DNA from: Candidatus Electronema aureum
GTDB taxonomy: Bacteria > Desulfobacterota > Desulfobulbia > Desulfobulbales > Desulfobulbaceae
Direction: 5' to 3'
Length of the DNA stretch: 32,000 nucleotides
Assembly: GCA_004284765.1 (NCBI GenBank)
Contig: NQJD01000021.1
Coordinates: 1 to 32,000, forward strand
Part shown: piece after piece, positions 26,361 through 32,000 of the stretch
Layout: each line of letters opens with the position of its first letter
Numbering within the stretch: the first letter of the stretch is position 1
The notes under the pieces: model-generated
Told to the model about the DNA's origin: nothing
The model's input: the letters and a program-made list of their open reading frames with translations, nothing else
The model's database searches: none
Translations under genes and position numbers: made by a program

Positions 26361-26905
26361 TGCGGCAGCTCAGTCAGAAAGACCGGCGGGCTTTGCTCTT
26401 CTGCGTTGCCGCGCTGCTGCTTTTTGGCCTATTCCAATTTGTTCTCTTTCCGCTGCTCGACGGACGGAAGCGGTTAGAGCGGGGAATCGCCAATCGGAAA
26501 AAGGCAGTAGCAGAAATGCAGGCCATGCAGTCTGAAATCAAGCAGTTCAGTCGCCAGAACAGCAGCCTCGGCGAACGGGTGACCCAGCGGCCCGAATCCT
26601 TCAGTCTTTTCTCTTTTTTGGAAAAGAAGGGCGAGGAAGCCAAGGTCAAGGACAACATCCTTTATATCAAGCCCTCGGATACGATTAGTGACGAAGGCAG
26701 GCTACAGCAGGTGGCCGTGGAGATGAAGCTCCAAGCCGTGCCGATTGACCGATTAGTTGCCTTATTGGAATTGATTGAGTCGCCGGAAAATATTGTTGAA
26801 ATTGAACGGATTTCCATCTTGACCAACAAGAAGGAGCAGGGCGGTCTGGATGCGGTCATGCGGGTGGTCAGTCTGATGCAGCAGGCGAAACAAGGCGGTG
26901 AATAA
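26360..26905 (+). CDS. gspM: GspM-like assembly-platform protein
   Basis: 181 aa. Short cytoplasmic N-terminus, TM segment (ALLFCVAALLLFGLFQFVLFPLL), a coiled-coil segment, then an alpha/beta domain. The start overlaps the gspL stop. Confidence 0.6.
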   Translation: MRQLSQKDRRALLFCVAALLLFGLFQFVLFPLLDGRKRLERGIANRKKAVAEMQAMQSEIKQFSRQNSSLGERVTQRPESFSLFSFLEKKGEEAKVKDNILYIKPSDTISDEGRLQQVAVEMKLQAVPIDRLVALLELIESPENIVEIERISILTNKKEQGGLDAVMRVVSLMQQAKQGGE

Positions 26906-26908
26906 GCC

Positions 26909-27847
26909 ATGCAGATGAAGCAGATGCTGCCGGGCCGAGGCTTTTGCGGCTACCTGATCTACACTGTGGCAGTGCTGCTGTTGATGCTCTGGCTCCAGTT
27001 TCCCGCAGCAGCGGTCAAAGCCAAGGCTGAGGCCGAGCTGAATCAGCTGACCCCTGGCTTAGAATGGCAGATCGGTACTATCGGTCTGACCCTGCCTGCG
27101 GATATCCGCTTCGGTCAAATCAAGGTTAGCGGTAAAGGGGAGAAAGAACCGTTAGTTCGGGCAGAAAGCCTTACTCTGCGACCTGATTTTTTCAATTGGC
27201 GTAGCTGGTCTGCTCTCTATCGTCTGCAACTACTGGGTGGCAGTGTTAGTGGTAGGCTCGGCCTGAGCAAAGACCGCAGCGGGCTGGAGTACAGCGGCGA
27301 GCTGCAAGGGATTCGCTTCGACAGCCCTGATTTTAAAAAATTGCTTGAAGGATACGACCGGACAGTTTCTGGCACCTTGTCCGGCAATTTTACAGGACGC
27401 AGCGCGGGCCAGCAGGGTCTTTTTGCCGAGCTGCAAGGCAGTTTCAAGGTTGGGAAGGGCGCGATCAGCTTGCAGGCACCAGTCTTAGGCATGGATCAGA
27501 TAGCCTTTGAGACGATCAGCAGTACGATAAAACGTCGCGCTGGCGCGGTACAGATAGAGGGCGGCAAACTGGAATCCCGGTTGCTGGCAGCTGAGTTCAG
27601 CGGCGATCTCCGCCTGACCGAGCCTGTGGCCTCATCATCAATTCGCCTAAAAGTCAGTTTAAATCCCCGCCCGGAACTCATGGCCTCAGTCGGCAGCCCC
27701 ATGCTGATTAATCTGCTTAAAGGCCAGCTGAAGAACGACAAACTGCCCTTTACTGTCACCGGTACTTTGAATGCGCCGGGGATTGTTTTTAACGGACTGC
27801 CTGCGGATTTCAATCAGCAGCTCCAAGGCAGGAGCGGGCAGCCATGA
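26909..27847 (+). CDS. gspN: GspN-like protein (probable)
   Basis: 312 aa. N-terminal TM segment (YLIYTVAVLLLMLWLQF), then a beta-rich periplasmic domain. The call rests mainly on its position after gspM and on similarity, as recalled, to the delta/Leptospira-type GspN family. Confidence 0.45.
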   Translation: MQMKQMLPGRGFCGYLIYTVAVLLLMLWLQFPAAAVKAKAEAELNQLTPGLEWQIGTIGLTLPADIRFGQIKVSGKGEKEPLVRAESLTLRPDFFNWRSWSALYRLQLLGGSVSGRLGLSKDRSGLEYSGELQGIRFDSPDFKKLLEGYDRTVSGTLSGNFTGRSAGQQGLFAELQGSFKVGKGAISLQAPVLGMDQIAFETISSTIKRRAGAVQIEGGKLESRLLAAEFSGDLRLTEPVASSSIRLKVSLNPRPELMASVGSPMLINLLKGQLKNDKLPFTVTGTLNAPGIVFNGLPADFNQQLQGRSGQP

Positions 27848-28668
27848 TTCGGGTTATTGTGAAATTAGTAGTGATTGCTGCGCTGGCTGCTGGCGGAGTG
27901 CATCTCGGCTATCGGGAGCTGCAAAAAAAGCTGCTGACGAACAGCTGCTTGCCTGCTTTGCCTAAGCAGAAAGAGGCCGCTGGAGAAAAAACAACGGTGG
28001 GAGCAAGGCAGGGACAGCAGCCCGCGTCTGATGAGCCACAGAATTTTCAGATCATTGTCACACGGGATATTTTTCAAACCGCTGCGCCAGCAGTCGCGGC
28101 TACGCTGCCAGAGAAAACACCTCAGGCAGAAGTACCGGTGGTACCCACAGCCCTCAAGCTCATTTTGGCAGGTACCGTTACCGGTACCGAGCAGACAGCC
28201 AGAGCCATTATTATCGACAACACCTCCAAAGAAAAGAAACAGCAGCTTCTTCAGATCGGTGACGGAGTGCAAGGCGCGGTCATCAAGGTCATTGACTGGA
28301 ACAGCATCACCTTGGACGTAAACGGCAAATTAGAGGTACTTGAGATGCCTAAGCCCAAGAATAGACCGGGCTTCGGCTCGCCAATCGGAATGATACCAGA
28401 GATGGCAGAACCGGATATCAGCCCTATCGTAGAAGATGAAATGATGCAGCGGGGAGTACCACCAGTGCGGCCTAATCGGCGAATCAATTTGCCGCCAGAC
28501 CTCAGTGCGCCCGAAGAAGCAGGAGAAATTACCGAAGAGGCTGCACCCGAACTGCCGACAATGGAGGAGCTGCCTCCTCCGCCTGAGTTGCCTGGAATAG
28601 TGGAAGATGGGTCGCAACCACCTCACCTTGACGTACCCGTGCCTCCTGAGCTGCCACCCATGAATTGA
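27844..28668 (+). CDS. gspC: GspC-like protein with HR domain and proline-rich tail (no PDZ)
   Basis: N-terminal TM segment (VIVKLVVIAALAAGGV). PilP/GspC HR-like segment LKLILAGTVTGTEQTARAIIID....LLQIGDGVQGAVIKVIDWNSITLDVNGK. The C-terminal ~100 aa are Pro/Glu-rich with repeated (P)PELP. It lies directly upstream of the secretin gene. Confidence 0.6.
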   Translation: MIRVIVKLVVIAALAAGGVHLGYRELQKKLLTNSCLPALPKQKEAAGEKTTVGARQGQQPASDEPQNFQIIVTRDIFQTAAPAVAATLPEKTPQAEVPVVPTALKLILAGTVTGTEQTARAIIIDNTSKEKKQQLLQIGDGVQGAVIKVIDWNSITLDVNGKLEVLEMPKPKNRPGFGSPIGMIPEMAEPDISPIVEDEMMQRGVPPVRPNRRINLPPDLSAPEEAGEITEEAAPELPTMEELPPPPELPGIVEDGSQPPHLDVPVPPELPPMN

Positions 28669-28681
28669 ATGCTGAAATATT

Positions 28682-31102
28682 ATGAAACAATCTCTCGTTA
28701 CCGCCACCTGTCATCTTTTGCTCTGCTGTCTTCTTCTTTGTACCACTGCACCATTTTTGTCTGCCGCTGAAAAAAACGACAAGAAAAACAAGCCAGCAGC
28801 AGGCAAAGCAGAGCAACAGTTTGTGCAAATCAATTTTCCTGATATTGACCTCAATCTGCTGATCAATTTAATCAGCCAGATGACCGGCAAAAATTTTATT
28901 ATCGATCCGGCAGTTAAAGGCAAAGTTACCATTATTTGCCCAGATAAAATTTCGGTGGAGGATGCCTACCGGGTCTTCGAGTCAGTGCTGGAGGTGCATG
29001 GCTTCGCCACCGTACCCAGCGGCTCTGTTATCAAAATTGTTCCGGCAGTGCAGGCTCGTTCTAAGAGTATCCCCACTATCTTTAAGGGCGAAACCAGTCG
29101 CACAGATGATAAAGTTGTTACTCGGATTATCCCTATCGTCCATTCTACGCCTGAGGAAATGAGGAAGCTGATCGCGCCGCTGATCTCAAAAACCACGGTG
29201 GTTATGCCCCATGAGCAGTCAGGCCTGCTGATCATCACCGACGCGCTGTCCAGCATCAATCGACTGCTGGAGATCATCAAGGCGGCGGATGTGCCTGCTG
29301 CTGAGGATGAGATGGAGATCATCCCTTTGAAATACGCTTCAGCGGAAAGCATCGGCAAATCCATCGGCCAGCTTTTTGTTCAAGCGGCAGCGGCGCGGCG
29401 GCAAGGTGCTGGAGGAATGCCGCCGCAGAGCGTCAAAATCATCCCCTACGAGCGCACTAACTCGCTGATCGTTTTTGCGCCCAAGGAGCAGCTTGAGAAG
29501 TTGAAGCGCCTGCTGGAGCAGTTAGACAAGGAAGTGACGACGGAAGACGGTAATATTCATGTTTATTATCTGCAACATGCCAATGCCGAGGAAATGGTTA
29601 AGGTGTTGACCAGTCTGCCAACAAGCAAGCAAGGTAAAGAGACGGAAAACAACAAAATCGTGCAGCCAAAGGCGGAAGAGCAGACACAGCCAAAGACAGA
29701 GCAGCAGCCGAAAACTGCGGCGCAGACTGCGGCCTCTGCCCAGCTTTCGGCGGATATCAAGATCACCGCTGACCCGGAGACCAACGCCCTGATTGTCACT
29801 GCCGAACAAGAGGAATACATGGCTTTGGAGGAGGTGATCAAGCAGTTAGACATCCCCCGGCGGATGGTTTATCTCGAAGCCTTGATCATGGAAGTCTCGA
29901 TTGACAAACAGTTTGAAATCGGAGCAGAATGGGGCGGGCTGGGCAGTTTCCACGATGAGACCGGTACCTTGGGCAGCGGTTTTAGCAAAGGCAGCTTCAA
30001 TATGATCACCGGCATTGCCAAAGGTACGGCAGGAATGTCCTCGGGGGCTACGTTTGGTATTTTGAAAAAAGGGGTAGAAATCGGCGGCACCTATTTTCCC
30101 AACATCGGCGCGGTGGTCAATGCCTTTCAGAAGGATTCAGATATCAATATCATCGCCACCCCGCAGATACTGACCACGGATAACAAAGAGGCAACCATCA
30201 CCGTAGGCGAAAACGTACCCTATATCACCAGTAAAAACAGCTCATCCACTGGCAGCACCCAAGATTACACCAATTACGAATACAAAGACGTAGGTACCAC
30301 GCTCAAAATCACCCCGCAGATCAATCAAGCCAACTTACTCCGCTTGGACATCGGCGTAGAAGTCACCCGACTGAAAAGCGAGGCTGGCGTAGCCACACCT
30401 ACCACGTATAAGCGTTCAGCAGCTACCACTGTCGTGATTCATAATCAGGAAATTGTGGTTATCGGCGGCATGATCGGCCAAGATGCCACCTCTGGTGATT
30501 ACAAAGTGCCAGGCTTGGGTGATGTACCGGTGCTGGGTTGGCTGTTCAAAACTCACGAGAAGAGCCAGCGGAAGACCAATATGTTCATCTTCATTGCGCC
30601 AAAAATTGTGGAAAGTGCGCCAGAGCTGGCTGATTTGTATTACAAAAAGCGGGATAAGATGGAAGAGGAGAAACCGGGATCAGGCGAGGTACCAGAGAAG
30701 TTGCTGAAAAGTGGACAAAAGATAGAACACGCCTACGCCCTGATGGATCGCGGTTTTGCCAAGCTCCAGAATAAGGAGTATGGCGAGGCAAAAAAATATT
30801 TCGAGCAATCCCTCAAAAATGCGCCTGAAAACCCCTATGCGCTCATCAATCTGGGAACTGTTTATCAACAGGAAGGAAAGAAGGACAAAGCGGCAGAAAC
30901 GTATCAGCAAGTGCTTGATCTTGTCAAAAAAGAGGGAGATCAAGATGCGGCTCTCTTGACAGCGGTTCGCGCCCATCTCAGGCAACTGAAGCAGGAGAAT
31001 AAACAGGCGGAAAAAATGGAGCCAACTGCACCAAAACAGGAAAAAAAGCCAGAGCCGTTGAAGGAAGTCCCTCAGGAAAAAGCAAAGCAGGAGAAACAAT
31101 AG
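28682..31102 (+). CDS. gspD: Type II secretion secretin GspD with C-terminal TPR-like extension
   Basis: 806 aa. Signal peptide, N0-N3 domains (INFPDIDLNLLINLISQMTGKNFIIDP..), and secretin core (..ATPQILTTDNKEATITVGENVPY...VVIGGMI......KVPGLGDVPVLGWLFK......KTNMFIFIAPKIV). An extra C-terminal region of about 150 aa is also present. Confidence 0.92.
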   Translation: MKQSLVTATCHLLLCCLLLCTTAPFLSAAEKNDKKNKPAAGKAEQQFVQINFPDIDLNLLINLISQMTGKNFIIDPAVKGKVTIICPDKISVEDAYRVFESVLEVHGFATVPSGSVIKIVPAVQARSKSIPTIFKGETSRTDDKVVTRIIPIVHSTPEEMRKLIAPLISKTTVVMPHEQSGLLIITDALSSINRLLEIIKAADVPAAEDEMEIIPLKYASAESIGKSIGQLFVQAAAARRQGAGGMPPQSVKIIPYERTNSLIVFAPKEQLEKLKRLLEQLDKEVTTEDGNIHVYYLQHANAEEMVKVLTSLPTSKQGKETENNKIVQPKAEEQTQPKTEQQPKTAAQTAASAQLSADIKITADPETNALIVTAEQEEYMALEEVIKQLDIPRRMVYLEALIMEVSIDKQFEIGAEWGGLGSFHDETGTLGSGFSKGSFNMITGIAKGTAGMSSGATFGILKKGVEIGGTYFPNIGAVVNAFQKDSDINIIATPQILTTDNKEATITVGENVPYITSKNSSSTGSTQDYTNYEYKDVGTTLKITPQINQANLLRLDIGVEVTRLKSEAGVATPTTYKRSAATTVVIHNQEIVVIGGMIGQDATSGDYKVPGLGDVPVLGWLFKTHEKSQRKTNMFIFIAPKIVESAPELADLYYKKRDKMEEEKPGSGEVPEKLLKSGQKIEHAYALMDRGFAKLQNKEYGEAKKYFEQSLKNAPENPYALINLGTVYQQEGKKDKAAETYQQVLDLVKKEGDQDAALLTAVRAHLRQLKQENKQAEKMEPTAPKQEKKPEPLKEVPQEKAKQEKQ

Positions 31103-31113
31103 GGCTGCCGCTG

Positions 31114-32000
31114 ATGAAACATCTCGGAGAAATATTGATCGAATCCTTCGGCCTCAAGGAAGAAACGCTGGCCGCTGCTCTCAAGGTGCAGGCCGAGAAA
31201 GGCGGGCGACTGGGCAGAATATTGGTGCAGCAAAAAAAAATCTCGGAGGATGAACTGCTGCGGGCGGTCAGTATGCAGTTTGGTCTTGAGATCAAAATGT
31301 CACTGCCGCTGAACTCCAATCCTTTCTTCATTGAAAAAATCCCGATTTCTTTCCTCCGGCGATTTAAAATGATGCCGGTTGCCACACCGACTGAGTCCTT
31401 TATCGCCCTCTCTGATCCCTACTTTTTTCAGCAGTTAGACGACCTCCAGCGGGTTCTTGGTCTTGAGGATAGCAAAATTTGTTTAGCTCCGGCGGATGAA
31501 ATCCTTGTCGCGATCAACATGGCCTACGACCGCGACAGCAAGGGCGCGGCGGATCAGGTGCTTCAAGATATTGACGAGGACGACCCAGAGGCTCTTCTTT
31601 CTGAAATCGAAGAAACCGCTGATTTACTTGATGATACCAGCGACGCACCGGTGATCAAGTTAGTCAATCTAATCCTGTCGCAGGCGGCTCGCGAAGGTGC
31701 TAGTGATATCCATATTGAGCCGTACAAGGATAAGGTCAAAATCCGTAAACGAGTCGATGGCATTCTTTACGACATGATCACTCCGTCCAAGCATGTGCAA
31801 GCCAAACTGATCTCCAGAGTTAAGATCATGGCCAAAATGGACATTGCCGAGCGACGGCTGCCTCAAGATGGCCGGATTGAAATTCGAGTGGCTGATAAGA
31901 ACATCGATCTGCGCGTATCCTCGCTGCCCACAGCTTTCGGCGAGCGGATCGTTATGCGCCTTTTAGACAAATCCAATGTGCTGCTTTCCTTAGAGCAGCT
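31114..32000 (+). CDS. gspE: Type II secretion ATPase GspE (5' part; continues beyond the window)
   Basis: The open frame from ATG 31114 runs to the window end. T2SSE N-terminal domain, then the GspE/PilB N2 signature APVIKLVNLILSQAAREGASDIHIEPY...RKRVDGIL........ISRVKIMAKMDIAERRLPQDGRI......DLRVSSLPTAFGERIVMRLLDK. The Walker motifs lie beyond the window. Confidence 0.9.
   Translation, partial: MKHLGEILIESFGLKEETLAAALKVQAEKGGRLGRILVQQKKISEDELLRAVSMQFGLEIKMSLPLNSNPFFIEKIPISFLRRFKMMPVATPTESFIALSDPYFFQQLDDLQRVLGLEDSKICLAPADEILVAINMAYDRDSKGAADQVLQDIDEDDPEALLSEIEETADLLDDTSDAPVIKLVNLILSQAAREGASDIHIEPYKDKVKIRKRVDGILYDMITPSKHVQAKLISRVKIMAKMDIAERRLPQDGRIEIRVADKNIDLRVSSLPTAFGERIVMRLLDKSNVLLSLEQ

Noticed and set aside
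27865-28707. 135-aa and 125-aa minus-strand ORFs antisense to gspC
   Set aside because: They are embedded in the tightly coupled plus-strand T2SS operon. The products are Cys/Arg/Leu-rich with no motifs or RBS.
1-32000. CRISPR arrays, rRNA genes, intact IS elements or prophage genes
   Set aside because: No regularly spaced 25-40-bp direct repeats with unique spacers were seen. No rRNA-like conserved blocks were seen. The only repeat array (11686-11790) has contiguous 21-bp units without spacers. The only transposase signal is a broken fragment.

Overview
This 32-kb chromosomal window is gene-dense and looks like a Gram-negative anaerobe. The HdrA-type redox genes and the GspN-containing type II secretion cluster fit Desulfobacterota, but taxonomy cannot be proven from the sequence alone.

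Gene content, left to right:
- A 1018-aa tandem HdrA-like flavo-FeS protein (-), divergent from an HdrD/GlcF-like CCG-domain FeS protein (+).
- An NDP-sugar nucleotidyltransferase (-) and a UPF0280/ApbE-like protein (+).
- A kdsA-kdsC-lptC LPS cluster (-).
- A decayed IS5/IS1182-type transposase relic, then rlmE (-).
- A small, possibly frameshifted HTH ORF.
- An orphan three-gene cluster (+): an exported Cys-repeat protein, a 3-TM protein, and a signal-peptide-bearing TPR-CHAT caspase-like protease. A phased 21-bp repeat array precedes the CHAT gene.
- pepN (-) and tRNA-Arg(ACG) (-).
- An mlaE-F-D-A-C lipid-asymmetry operon (+) and yhbY (-).
- A type II secretion cluster in the order gspG-H-I-J-K-L-M-N-C-D-E (+). 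gspE runs off the right edge.

No rRNA, CRISPR array or intact mobile element was seen.

The most unusual part is the 10.5-14.6 kb exported TPR-CHAT cluster with its repeat-bearing upstream region. Secondary points are the single-chain double HdrA, the TPR-tailed secretin, the PDZ-less proline-rich GspC, and MshEN-like tandem motifs at the GspE N-terminus. All functional calls rest on motif recognition by eye; no database search was run.
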